This document shows, piece by piece, positions 28,270-42,500 of a stretch of 64,000 bases of DNA. Within the stretch, counting starts at the first letter, position 1, and each line of letters starts with the position of its first letter. The translations under genes and the position numbers were made by a program. The notes below the pieces were generated by a model, which saw nothing but the letters and a program-made list of their open reading frames with translations, did no database searches and had not been told where the DNA came from. Origin of the DNA: Amoeboaphelidium protococcarum X5 (taxonomy: Eukaryota > Fungi > Aphelidiomycota); assembly GCA_023515725.1 (NCBI GenBank), contig JALDTO010000206.1, forward strand, positions 330,189-394,188, written 5' to 3'.

Positions 28270-31200
28270 TCAATTCTCATTAGTTGAAGAGGATTTTTGG
28301 ATATCCGGTCTCTATTTACTGCTTATTGAGAGACTTCGCACTAACTTGTTAGCAGTTAGATACTCAGCGATAAGGCCACCTTTTTAAGATTTCACTTTCG
28401 TTACATCAGCCTACTACTACTTTTGCTATGATTTCTACTGATTTTACTCAAAAATCTGCTGAGAAGATATTCCGCCATTCTTATAGGAAGACAAAACGGA
28501 CTATTACGTGGTCTATGACATGGTGGAGTGGGAATCAATAGATCTCGTATCGTTTGAGGTGGAATCTCCAGACGCGAGCGATCGCACCGACTTCTAATCC
28601 AGAGATTGATTAAGTGAAGTGTCTCCTCTAGGCAAAGTGCCAACCCTTACTGCTGAGTAAGCTGAAGTACTTTACACCAAATCGTCAATCTAACTCAGCG
28701 ATTGCCGTTGAGTCTTTTTAACAGACATTTACGACCGTCTATTAGGATTTTAAGACTACTTTATAACCACGTTGCCTTTGATCAATGAATACAAAATATC
28801 ATCTTCGCCTGAGCTTATTAAACTCTACTGACTTTCATTGGATGCCTTCTCGAGGAAATTCAATGACCGCTTGTGTAAACGCAACTATCCACTAGCAATG
28901 AAAGCAACTTGATTTGACCATATCTCTTTTAGAAGGTTCAGTTTGTCGGTCATTGACAGTAAATGTACAGTACACTCATATGCATCAATGGAGAACAGTG
29001 ATATTGCCAATTTGTTGGAGGTAGAATCATTTAAACTCTATGCATCCATTGACATCAGCCTATCAAAGTATATCGGACTCCTTTGCAGCCCATACGTAGC
29101 GACATCTTTCTTCATACCCGTTTAGACTAACAACAACATATCAGAAAGTATAACCAGCAAAGCATCAACCATTACACTTTTCTTCATGTACTTTACCGGT
29201 TTCTCCCCAACAAACTGCCTACCATCAGCAATCAATTCAAAGTTATCAGCGAGATTATTCAAATCAAGACCTTACTGCAATTTTTACAATTTATACTCCG
29301 CTTCTTTCTCGTGAACTACGTAATTGATGTGGTGTGCAATGCTTTCAATCTTATCCAAAGTCTACTGGATTACCGCAAAGTCGGGATGACTGGAAGGAGT
29401 ACTAGCCTACAAACGACGGAGCAGGATAGGATAACGCGTGATTCTGTGCATGGGTTGTATTAGAATATCAGCTACAGATAACCGTGATCCTTTCAGTGCC
29501 TATTCATTCTTCTTCAATGCGCTCCCGAACGCATCAGACTCTTTCAACAATGTGGACAGAGTGCGCTAAGAGCTATGCTAATTAGAGCAATACTTAATGT
29601 AAGCGTTCTCAAACTATGCATCACTAACCACTGCAAATAACTCATCCATCTGGGATGTGGCCGACTCTGGATCTTTCTCCTTCTTTGCAATCAGACTGGA
29701 CACGATCCTCTCATGAAATGGAATAATTTCTCCTAAATTGCCAAAAATACCATTGAGAACCAAAGAAGGAACAACTTCAGATTTTCGCAGAGGCTCCAAA
29801 AGTTTTTGCACTGCATCCTAAAGATTCTTCGCATATCCGCTTTCCATATCGATAAACTCATCAAGAATCGCTCTTCGCTTCCCAGATAGTTTAGCCTGAT
29901 TGTCTTAAGAGTCGGCGAGCAAATACGAGTCTTTGTTCAGGTTAGTAGTCTTCATCTCTTTAAGAGTGAACACGGAATCCGGTAGCAAATACTTAACCAT
30001 GAGGGGACGATCTTATGAGCGAAGCTCTCTCGGAATCCCATCTGTCGCAGTAAAACTGAGAGTGCATGTAAACGGATCAATTGGCAGATTTGATTTACTA
30101 ACAAAGTCTTTTACTACATCGCCGACTTCTTAATGAGCGGCAACCACGAGATTTTTAGCTGTTTTACCCTGGACATTTTTCATCAGATCCAAGTCAACAC
30201 TTATGGGAATAGCGATGGAATTCGGTAAATCCTCAACAAGCTTACCCAAGCTCTTGACAGTATCAAAGGCTTGTGAGCTTTAGTCAGTGTATTAAAAATC
30301 CCTCTTAGGCAACTAGCATACCAAGCTGGCCAGCTTTATAAGCACTTTATGCTACTCGTTGCCCAAGTACAACTTCTTCCTCTCCATTTTGTCTATTCCG
30401 GTAGATTGGGCAAGATTGACATTAGATTTCGCTCCTCCTAGCTTACCAGGAGTCTTTAAAAAGCCACTGTCAGACAACTGCGCTGCATTGATCTTGTTAA
30501 AACCAGTGATCATGTCCTTGCACACCTAGATCTCTTTCGCCAGTAAATGATATCGTTCAGAAAGCTGCTAAATTCGTCCATACAGTGACATACTCTCTAA
30601 CTGGTCATTATTACTTTCATAATTCTCACAAGGCACACAGCTTATTCCAACGTGGCCTTTACAATTCTTATGCGCGACGTACTGACAAATCTCACAAGTA
30701 TAAGAGCAGTTGCTAGCATCAGACATGGAAACAGAAGTATCAAAAGCCTTAAAGCAATACTCACAAAACTATTTGACCTGCTTCTGAGTCTTTACAAACG
30801 GGTGCTAATCTCGATCTGAGGTATTATGGCCATATGCGGAAGACTATTAGTTAGCACCGCCATTACCAGTCTGATTAATAGAGAGCGATGAGCCACCACC
30901 AAATAATTTCTACTCGGCATGATGAGCCGCCAGCGAGAGGAAGCTTCCCTCTGGACGCTGACTACTGACACTATTCTTCCTGGCACGTCTACCCAATAAT
31001 TACGATTACGTTGGCGCAGCTGATAGAACTGACGCATTCGGATACGATTTCCAATCCACCTACAGAGAATCCAAATAATATACAATTTTCTCACCAAACT
31101 CTATCAGTATTTAAGATGGCAAATCGAGCAATCTCTGAATAGATCGTGCAAAATGATCAACAGTCAGTACGGTGGCATCACCTAAATCGCTCTTCAAACA

Positions 31201-32673
31201 TTGATACTATGCACTTGTTAGAAATACATCAGCCTTGCCTTCTACCGATCTAGCTGATTATGCAGATGATGACTCTTATGGGAGATCACGCCCACCGAAC
31301 AAGACCTCCATATACTTGAAAACAAGAACCTCAATGTCGTCAAATATGGAGCCAGTGGGCTGCTTCAAATGATCGTCTATGTATTTTATCATTGCAGAAA
31401 AGGTGCGATCTCGACCACTAAATTGCTAAGGAAGACATTGTCTGACATAGAAGGCATTATCTTCGGACAGATAGAGATCATACATTTTCTAAGCCAGTTT
31501 CTACCTCTTACTCTGATTATTGACACCAGCAAATTCCTATCTGTATTAACGCAAATCCTAGAGGAAGAACCAAAGAGGATGTATATTTCTCTCAATGCAA
31601 AATGTCAGTAGATACATTGACAAGGTAGGTGTACCCAAACACAAGGAAATGCCCAGCTTTTAAATATCCGACACGATACCTTTACCAATATGCGACTGGA
31701 TGTTCTTCAAAGTAGACTCTACATCCGCTTGATTACTTTCCAACGGCGCCATTTTCGCGTTCATTTCCATAATATACTTGATTTCCTCCGCAGTCAGCGA
31801 TTACTTGTGAGCCATTTAATTCTTACGAGGACGGGCAGCGGCGGCGTGCGAAGACGTATCTCCTTAAGTATAGGAAGATTCAGCACTACTCATAGTACTC
31901 AAAGATAGCATAGACGTAGGATTTAAACGCGAATGTGACTACTGTCCAGAGCCCAGTGATAGTCCAAATACACTTAGGGACCTCTTTGACGGATCAGCGG
32001 TACTTTAATCTTCGTCGGAAGGTCCGCGCTAGTTAGAGCCAGTGCCGCCATTAACCATAAGTGAGCTCCCACGCAAGCGGAGAGAATCTGACTTCTTCAC
32101 CGCTAAAGGCAATTATTCTCTAGAAGTTATTCCAGATTTCAATGAAGTGCTAGCAATAGATTACTGTGATGGCGAACCACGCAGAGTTTCCGACTAAAAT
32201 CCGAGTGCCGGTGAGTCCAGCTTTGCAGCGCTAGAGTGGGAGCGACTTCTTAGAAAACTCAATCTTCTAGATGGAGGTGTAGCCGCCTGGGTAGGACTTG
32301 CCGTTAGGATTGCATCTATATCATGTTCATCTGACTAGGAATTTACAATAATCGACACTGATAAACGGGAGCGAGGTGATTTTGTAGAATTACTACGCAA
32401 CACTTCTTATGACTTTGCCAGCGGTAACAGATTGGTTTTGCCTTTGACTTCAGTCACAACTTGAATCACATTGTCAGCAGAAGACGCAGCATCTTTAGCA
32501 CTAACTGTAAATTCATTTTGATTCCCAAAATCTTCATTACTTACTATAATAGACGGCGATAAATTACCAGAGTTGTCGTGATTTAAATTTTAAATATAGC
32601 TTGGCGAATCTGCGTCGTCCACAACAATGCTTACAACATCATTATCTTTTGCAATTGATTAACGTTTAAACAT
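28270..32673 (-). CDS. Rho guanine nucleotide exchange factor with RGS, C1, putative ubiquitin-like/RA, DH and PH domains
   Basis: DH: ILDEFIDMESGYAKNL...IFGNLGEIIPFHE...LIQPMHRITRYPILLRRL. C1: HPF...FCEYC...CEICQYVAHKNC. RGS-like segment at about 31195-31650. Confidence 0.85.
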
Positions 32674-32929
32674 GACAAGTCAAAGTTTCTCTTCAGTATC
32701 TCTTATTTATATTATACGTCTGGCAACAACTACTACCTTGATATATAATGGTGAAAATAAACTTATAAGAAGAAATATAATTTTTAGGTATAAATTTAAG
32801 CCATGTCCAGACATTGGGCAAAGGCTATTTTTATCCTCATTATAATCCGCGCATTATAAGTGGACGGCATAAAGAAATAAAATGATATTAAAATAATCTT
32901 CGTACTGCTATTGAGATACAATGTTTCAT

Positions 32930-35900
32930 TCATAAACGATTTTGATTATTAATATTATTAACAGCATCCGTTTGAGGAGTGGTATTAGTGGACGCAGCCA
33001 TCATGTAACGAACATCATCTGAGAACTGATTCAAAATGGCCGCTTGAACAGAGTCGCGCCGAGTATTGACTAGCTCCAGTTTAGACAAGGCCATCCCGAT
33101 CATTTACTCCCTCTTCTCCAACTTTCGCTTCAGATTTTGATAATCCTTAAGTAGGCGATCATAATCTGCACTGCTTGTACCACCAATCTTGTCATTGGCG
33201 ACAATTTAAGACCGCATGGGTTACTACCTGAGTCTGTCAACATCTCGCTACAGTTCTTCATTCAGTCTCACGATATCTTACTAATTAGAAGAGTGCTGAT
33301 AATTGCTCTTCTGCGCTTCCTCCAGCAGTTTCTATAAAGATCTAATTTCTCTCTACTTTATCTGCAATTCGGACTTGGACAAGTTCAATTCATGTTCCGC
33401 CGACTTCAGATCTTGCTGCAGCTTTTAGTAATCACGACTTTTAGACTCCCTCATCCGCTGCAGCTCATCATTTAATAACATCAACTCATTCTCCTTCAAA
33501 CGCAGCTAGTTTCTACAATCTAACAGCTGAGCATCAATCTGAGCAAATTTAGACTTTTCCATCGTGCTATGGATAAGAAGATCCGACTCTTTCGTATAAA
33601 GCTTCTGCGTTAAATCAGCAATCTTCTACCTACCACTATCAACCTGAGACTTTAATAGACTACACTCATTCTAACTTTCTCTAAGTTTCTATTTCAACTT
33701 TCGCTATACAGCAACTGCATCCTGGACGATACCTTCAAATTTGTCCATCTGGGCCAACTTTCTATCCAATCTTTTGTACAAAGCTGCGATATCGCACTGG
33801 AATTTACTCTGAAAACCGTCCACATCACTCCTGAGACGAGAAGTAAAACTATTTACCAGATCGCACTTGGACTTGAGCTGTGCCGAGAACTTGGCAAAGT
33901 CTTTTGACGGATTGATGACACCAAGTGAATCAAATCTCTTCATAGCACCCACATCAAACTCTGAGATGGTAATATCAATCAGTGAATTTAACTCAATAAG
34001 AAATTTGTCCTTCTCCTCTATCGCAACCAGATACTGATCTTCCAAATGTTTGGTCACCTCATTGTCCGACAGCATATGCTTTTGAAGCTGAGCCAGGCGC
34101 AAATTCAAGTCCTACATCTAAGTTATCCGCTGATTCAGTTCAGATTCTTTAGCTTATAAGTTGGTCTTGAGCTTATCAATTTTAGACTTGTACTCCATCA
34201 CCTAATCACTATACTTTTCCATTTAAACTTTCATTTCGCGCATCTAATCTTCACAACTTTGCTTATCCTTCTTGGCCTAGTTACACTGACTCTCGACCGA
34301 CTTCAGGTCTCTGCGCAGGGATTCATTCTCATGCAGCATTGTACTTAAATCCTGTTGCAGCAATTTCTATTCCTCAAGAACCTTCTCCATCTTTTCATCA
34401 TTCTCACTGAGAACTTACTCTATCTACTGCTTTAATTATTGCTTCTCCTTTCTCAATACCGACAATTCTGAACTCTATTCTGAAGATTTGAGCTTAAATC
34501 TTTCAATCTACAAATTCAATTCATTTCTGATCTCTTCTTACTCTCTTTGAACTGATTTCGACTAAGTCTGGTAACCATCTTCAAGCTAATTAATCTTTGA
34601 TTACAGACTGTGAATCTACTCTTTCATCGCAGCAATTTCAGCATCCTTCATCTTTACCAACGCACTGAGATCCTAAACTTGCTTAGCCTAAGCAGAGGCT
34701 ACTTTCTTACTCTAATCTTGGAATTACATCGTCTAATTAGAGAGATCCTAGCACTCTCTAGATTTATTCTCAAGCTATCTGGTAAGCTACTCAACCAATG
34801 ATCGCTTCTCTTCACATTCAACTTCCACAGCGTGCACTTTTATCATCAATTTATCCTTCTCAGCTTCACTCGACTTTAATCTGGCTCTATACTGCTCCAA
34901 CTCCCTAGATCGCTTCTCAATCTCAACACTCTGCGACGACTCCTCATACGATTTACTGCGCACAGTCTACTCCAACTGCGATGTCAAATGTGAAATTTCA
35001 TTCTACTTCAAGTTCAACTCATTGCGCAGTTGACTAATGACTCTCTTGTATTTCTCTTCATCCACAGTGAATTACTCATAGAGTTGTCTGATGGATCTCT
35101 AATGATTCTAACTCTTCTGTTCCAACTCATTCATTAAATAATCTCCCTTGGACGTGGACTCTATCAATTACAACTTTAATTACGAGATTTAATCTCTGAG
35201 CATATTAATACCTTGCTCCAGCTGCGTATTAGGAATAATTGAATGAAATGAAGACTATTCAGGCAAATTCTGATTCATAGACAATTGACTAGAAGACCGA
35301 CCAGCATTAAACATTTATTACGGCTAAGATTAAGACTAATTCTACTATTATTAAACACTCTGAGACTGCTGCTAAGAATAAGATAAACTCCGATTCAAAT
35401 GCTCCAATCGCTCTTATTACTATTCCAGAGACTTTATCTGCAATTTCAAAGACTCGTTCTCGCCGCATAAATGCTCAATCTCAACAGCTCTCTACGATAG
35501 GACTTGATTCACCTCAAACAACTTCTGTTCACTCTGCTTCTTAAGCTCCATCTCCTCCTCCATCTCCCTAATCTTCCTTTAAAGACGAAGTAGCTCTTCT
35601 TGTTTTTTAGTATCATTAATGTTAGGATTGGCGGCGACACCACGTTGATTACTATTATTATTGACAACAGAATTAGTAGAGCGCTGCGGTTAAAAGTCTC
35701 TTGATCCATTTACAGAGCTTCCTAAGCCGGCAGGATCATCACGATCCTTATGATACAGCTTTACTTTTAAAGAGAAATTCTCCTTCTTCAACTGATCAAT
35801 CAAATGCTCTTATTCGCGCAAAGTCTTATGCTGAGTATTTGCCGCTGGTTAATGGGAATCCATGATGAGATCACTTTCATGCAATGATTACAAATCCGTA

Positions 35901-36157
35901 GGTACATTAAGCTAACTACCACTCTGTCTAAAATCATCACTAGGATTACGTTACTACTATTACTACTACTACCTGTTCTCGGCACTGAAGAAGCTATTCA
36001 GACTAAACAGACTGTCTGTCTACTGCAATTGACTCGTCCGCTGAGGATTCTCCGACTTGAGCTGACTGTCATCTTATTATTATGAGTATAACTATTATGA
36101 CTACTGATTCAGAGGAAGCAAATCATCAGACTCTGCAAGAATAAACTAATTTTACAT
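32930..36157 (-). CDS. CM1 (Cnn_1N)-motif coiled-coil protein, Mto1/ApsB/centrosomin-like gamma-tubulin complex recruiter
   Basis: KTLREQEHLIDQLKKENFSLKVKLY (about 35755-35830) fits the CM1 motif; the remainder is long heptad coiled coil; 1075 aa. Confidence 0.8.
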
Positions 36158-36579
36158 ACTACCTAATTGTCTCTGTATAATGCCACTATTACAATACTGT
36201 AATGGGACTATAAAAATGTTGTTAATGGAACAATGAGAGTAAATGGGCGCGCGCACAGTTTGAGAATAACGAAGAAAGAAATCGCGCGGATAGATGAAAC
36301 GGATCAATCTGAAACGTCTTTAACACGCTCTGCTTCTGTGCTAAGCCTATTTAAAGCAACGTGGCAAGAAGAATATATATTAATAAGCCTTTAAAGGTAC
36401 AATTAACTGCATCTATTTGATCTTCATCGAGTTAAGATTTCAAAAACAAAAACTATGACCGTTCTGATGTCTTATAGAAACAGCATTGTCATTGAATAAT
36501 TTTACGTCTGCGCAGTATACAATAATGAAGCAGATGCACATGAATCTCAAGTGTTACAAAAGGAATCGACTATACGTAT

Positions 36580-38607
36580 TCAATGTATGGAATAGAGACA
36601 ATATTCACCGTATCGCTTCTGAAATCGCCTCTATTGCATAGAATTGGATGTTGCCAATTTTGGTAGATAAAATGATCGTGCCCATACACTCTCGGTGGCC
36701 TCTGCATCTAAAAATGGCAGACACACCTTGGACTAGTAGCGGAGAGAGCTTCCATCAGCCAGCGTAACGTAAGTTTTCATTGTAAGACTTGATTTCTATT
36801 TACTTGCCTTATCATCTTGTATAGAGTTGTCATGCGAATTGTATCGAATATAGAAATCGCACTGTGACTTCTTGCCAAATCTGTCCAAAACTTTCTAGTT
36901 CCTATCGTTAAACGATGCTTTGGCTCTAAATGTTCCCGGTCTATTTATGAGCCACGACAATAGCGCATTCTGAGAGTCCAGTTGCAAATTAGGAGACTCG
37001 AAATAAGCTGGTAATTGTCCATCAAAATCAGAATCTAGCCATATAACTTTCATATTCTCTGGAAGGAGATAATGCGAAGGAAATCTATACCACTCAGAGT
37101 CAAGACAGAGCGTTTATTACTTTATATCGTTCGAGCTAATAACACTTGGATAAGTTCTGAGCACAGAATAAATCTCAATCGCCGAGCCATAATGCTTATG
37201 TAAAGCGTAAATTCTAGACATGCTTAGACAAGCATAGGTGGTCATCAAAATAAACATCGCCAATTTGGGCAACCTAAGCATTATACGATCAACAGATGAT
37301 TAGGATGCGGATCTTTTATGATTCTATAAAACATGAATAAGTAGCTATTTACATAAGCAGAGGCAAATAGCCGCCGACAAACTAATCAGGGGATATATCA
37401 CAAACAGAAACCTCTCCTCTTTATGAGGTTAAGCAGAGAATACCAGCATCCACAAGTACATGGGGAGCAGCTTGAATAAAAGAGATATGAACGGACGACC
37501 ATTAGATGAAGCCAGAAAAGACACGTTAATTGTGGAGACTAAAGTTTTAAATGCAACCATAGAGGTGATACACAGAACACCAACACTCATCAGGGCAGCG
37601 ATAAAGGCCAGATTAAAATTAAGGAATCCATTCTTAAGATAGAAATACCAAGGTTCAGTTCCATAAATATTCGGACCTCCATCACCATCAGTAGATTGTG
37701 ATGAATTAAACACGTTATACAAAACGATATTCAATGGCACTACTACAATCTTTCTATAGAACGCAGCATCAAATAATATCAAAGGAACCAGTATAACGAG
37801 AAGCGATACCACAGAACTATAAACTACCATTAATAGACGCCTAGCAAACACGACAATTGTATTACCAGACTGCAGTGACCTGACGAATAGCTCCTCAAAT
37901 ACAAATGGCACTGCGACAAGTCCACTAAATGGCCAGCCAATTATAGCGCCACACGCAATGATCAGAATAGGAATACCAATAGCTTTAAATGGATTAGTCA
38001 AACTTATAGAGTTGGTAAGAGCCATAGATTATAAGCCGTACGACTTGAAAAGTTAAGCAAAAGCTAAAGCCGTTGTATACATGGCAAACGATGAAGGCAG
38101 GTAAGCGGAGGAAGCAATATACATTCCAGGAGAGAACACTGATATCGCAATCATATACTTGGCAATCTATGGACTTATATTTGACCTGACTGACTGATAC
38201 AGCATTGTTTCACTAAAGCTGCTCATGATACATAGAACGCATCTAAGAGCATAGAACTGAGATACTTTAGATAACATCAACAGCTTAAATACATGTATTA
38301 CCGCAGAATGGATCGCGACGTAGAACCAAGAGCGAATGGCGTATTATGGTGCATATTCCCATGTCTGAAACGCATGACCATAATTTAAGTAATGACTAGG
38401 CTCCCAGTAGTTGAACACTTCATCGCAGTCGGACAGAATAGGCATAATGATCGACATGGCACACCTTACACATGAGAGGACAATGAACATCTTGAGCCAA
38501 CCAGAGGATCTAATCATCTGTGGACGATACTCACTCACACTCTCCGCAGGAGCATTAGTCAGTATATGTTGAGAATTTTATTATCCAGATTTCTGTCTTC
38601 TCCGCAT
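36580..38607 (-). CDS. ALG9: Alpha-1,2-mannosyltransferase Alg9 (GT22)
   Basis: SDCDEVFNYWEPSHYLNYGHAFQTWEYAPQYAIRSW, AYLPSSFAMY, GWPFS, IYGTEPWYFYLKNGFLNFN, QPHKEERFLFVIYP. Confidence 0.93.
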
Positions 38608-38889
38608 ATTATTCACAATAAAACGTCGTAATGTAATGTAATTCCCTGTGGATGATACAACGGATTTCCTTCGAAAGAACGTTCAAAATAAAAGAAGATT
38701 TGGGCGAAACAAAGTCTCCTCAACAAAACACCAACAAAGAACCAAAAACTGGCTGAAACGCGTCGGCGATTAAAGTGGCACGCGTTCCCACGGATCGGTG
38801 TTAATCAGGATCTAAAGAGCTAAATAGTCAGTATGCAGTAGAATATTGCTTTTATTCATCATAAATTTATTAGATCAGCTCCGAGGATA

Positions 38890-39378
38890 TCAATGTCTTT
38901 ATTGACTTATCAAACTGAAAGGATAACGCGCCCGTTCAATGCGTCCGTCGATGGTGGAGAAAAGAGCATATCCACCTACATCAGATCTCAAGAAAAATGT
39001 CAAAGTCTATATGCCCCGAATATGACCATTCAACGGCGGCGCGAAACTTGATTCCTAATCCAGTTCGAGGTATACTGTGGATTGCTTGCAACCTATAGGA
39101 CTGTATACGACGCGATATTATCGACCATTGAGAATCAGCATGTTGATTTAAAGGCGAACATCATTTAAGCGATATCCTGCTCGCTTACAATCAACTCCTT
39201 GAACCTCAACCACATCAGGTAGACGGAACGCAAACTGTCTAGGCAGAAATAAGTTTTACCCATACTAACTCGGAATTATACGATAATTTATAATATCATA
39301 TAGAATGGATCCATCTCGCGGAATTCCTGACGCGAATTGCACAACCAAAAGGATAAGCAGCAATAAATTTATATGCAT
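38890..39378 (-). CDS. Small secreted protein of unknown function (162 aa)
   Basis: MHINLLLLILLVVQFASG signal peptide; frame open under table 6 to TGA 38890-38892; two Cys. Confidence 0.7.
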
Positions 39379-39541
39379 TTCAAATCTAGTATCAATCGTT
39401 GTAGATGAAAGGGGAGGAAAATCTCTACGAGCACTCTTAATACGCGACGATCAAAAGAGCCCAAGAGAAGAAAATCATTTAAACGTGCAGACAATATAAC
39501 TCACTTCCAAAATATTATATACTTACTGTATAACAACGTAA

Positions 39542-42500
39542 TCAAAAGTTATTCATGTAGGAATTTTGACTCATGCTAGAACGCATTGATGAAAAGTAGG
39601 AATTCTTACCGTATAGAGATGGAGAATAACCAGGCGAATGGAGTCCATTGACGAAACCAAAAGATGTCCAAGGATTAGGATACAGGGACGCTGGTTGCTT
39701 CTTGCGATGTTCAGTGACTTTGGCGGCAGTGTCGTTCAGGAATTCGTGATTTAGGAGATCAAATGATGAAGGTCTCTGGTCAGCGGGTAGGAAACATGAC
39801 ATCAGAAAGTCATAACACAACTTGCTTACCAGTGAGCTGTCAACTGCCGGATGATTACCTCCAATGCCAATCTAATACATGATAGCCCATTCATTGTCCA
39901 GGTGAGACCACGGGCGTTTTCCGGTGGCCATTTCTAAAAGTACACAACCAAGAGACCAAATGTCTTACGCGCCCAATTTTGCGCCAGCGTTCTTACCAGT
40001 CACCACTTCTGGGGCCAAGTATTAAGGTGTTCCAATCAGGCTGGCCTGCTTCTTTTTACTGGTCTAAATCGAATTTCTATCAACCAACTGTTTGGCTCCA
40101 CCAAAGTCGACAAGCTTCAACACTCCATGGTCGTCTATCAAGACATTATCAGGCTTAATATCACGATGTATTATGTTGTGCTGATGCAAATACTGCAGAC
40201 CTTGGAGTAGCTCATACGTGTACAGCTGCAATACTTTTTCCTCTTCAATTCTCCCGCTCTCCAACATATTGAACAAGGATCCACCACTGCAAAATTCCAT
40301 AAATATAAAAACCTTATCTCGATGAACCTCTGCACCATAATACTCGATAATATTTGGATGCCGCAAATTCTATAATACGCTCATCTCATCAATTACAGAC
40401 CGCACGAGCTTCTTCATATTGCCCTGATCCAGAAGTTTAATCTCCTTCACAGCCATCATGTCGCCAGATTCTAAATTCAGGGCAGCATACACACTACCAA
40501 AGGCACCACTACCCAAATATTTGCCTTATTGCCACTTCAAGTTCATAGAGGTTGCGGCTAGAAGCTCGGTAAGGCCCTGCTCTTACAACACATTCTGGTC
40601 CAGGACTTTACCAGCTACGCGTCGCTCAACTTACTTTCGCTGCAGAGAGCTTTCAATCTCTTCTATCTTGAGAAGTCGCGTGCTATTCCCAGCCAAAGTT
40701 TATCCATCAATCTATAGTTCAATTTCGGGAGTCTTTATAGCTTATTATGAAGTATAATCATCATCCTGGTCAGCAAATAAACTCATATCCACACCATCAA
40801 TTACAACAGCATTCTCCATCTCTTGTGTGGGATCACCACTCAGCTAACCTTCATGTGTCTAATCAAAATGAGAAATCAGTAGAGTCATACAACAGGCCAC
40901 CTTCGATCTCAACGTGGTGAATTATTACACTGACAGGTCGTAAATTCTATCGCCTTTCGTGATCATCATCACAAATTCCAGAGCAAGCAAGGCCCATCTG
41001 AAGGTTCTTTTATCGATAGGCGAGCAATCAGAACAGGTGAAAGACACCCATTCAATGGCGAAAGCTGTGAGCTCCTTGTGAAGATTACACGTTACAGAAC
41101 TGTCTGTCATAAAAGCCATTGACCGGTATCCAAAGTCTGATACAAACGTAAAGCAATCTTCAATCAAATCTACGCACTGAATAGATCCTGTAAGCTGGCG
41201 AATAGTATTAACAGAATTTAGGAGCTACAAAGCGAATTTACACAAAAGACCACGAAATTACTTTAGATTCTTGTTGATTTCCGCAGAGATACTCTTTTTA
41301 TCATCAATTTTAGATAAATCTACTTTCAGAGTAGAATCTTAGTTGCCTTGCATAAAACTAACAAATTTTCCCCACTCTTGGCTCAAGGTGAATCCATGAC
41401 TGGAAACCAGCTTTATCACGGAATGCTCATTCAAGTCCACAGCGGGAACTTTGAGACTCAATATCACCATTTCGCCATTCCAGATGAAGCCATCATACTT
41501 CTTCATGATCAACAAATGACCTTGAGGCTTATCGTTGTAAGTTTTACCCCAAAACTTGGGCTCGAGCATTTCTTAAATACTTAGATTACTACCACTGTCT
41601 TTACCTAGCAGTTAAGGACTGGCTAATATTATAAACTAAGCTGACGGAACTTCACAGAGAACATACTGCTAGGATTAAAGTAAAGTCACAAGCTATGTCA
41701 TCTACTCCGAGTCTAATTGCAAATCGATACTATTCTCAAGATCCATAACGAGAGCCTTGCTGAATTGCAGAATTCTTCTAGATTTTACTCGAATATTATC
41801 AAGCACACGGCTAAACCATTTTATGAGCTGCTTTTCATTATCCAACATCTACTTAGGAGGATTAAGCACATTTGAAAAGTATGACATGATACCAGCCACC
41901 AGTCTACCAATTAAGCGGGAGAGACATTAGGCTATCAAAAGATCAGAGTCAACAATCGAACTCGACAGGCTCTTCAAGAATTGCCATTCAATGTCCAAGC
42001 TATCAGAATCTCTGAACCAAGCCTGCGATTTGCTAATCTAAAACTTTCGGTCCATCAAGTGCAGGTATTGTATCAGAGTCTCCTTCATATACGAGTCAAA
42101 TTCGGCATCAATCACAGTATTCTCCTTATCCATGTTAGTAAGCTCCAAAATGATCTTTTACCTGAGACTAACGCCAACAGAGAGCTTATTTTTAAAATCC
42201 TCCAGAAGCTAATCTACAAGCATCAATTTACTAGAATCGAAATGTTATTGAAGAATATTTTATCCATTCTCAAGTCGCATTTTCAAACAGCCCTTCATCA
42301 CCTGAACTGGAAAACAGAACAGACTCCTCATCAATGGTCGCAACAGCGGCATCTTGCACTGCTCATAGTACGCCATATAAGGTGCTTAATCATTAAAGCA
42401 CTTGGTAATCTAAGATGGCAGCTTGGACAAGAGATTGAATTCAAAAATTTTCTATACTCCATGCTCCTTAAGCAATTTAGATAATACGCAACTCTCTGCC

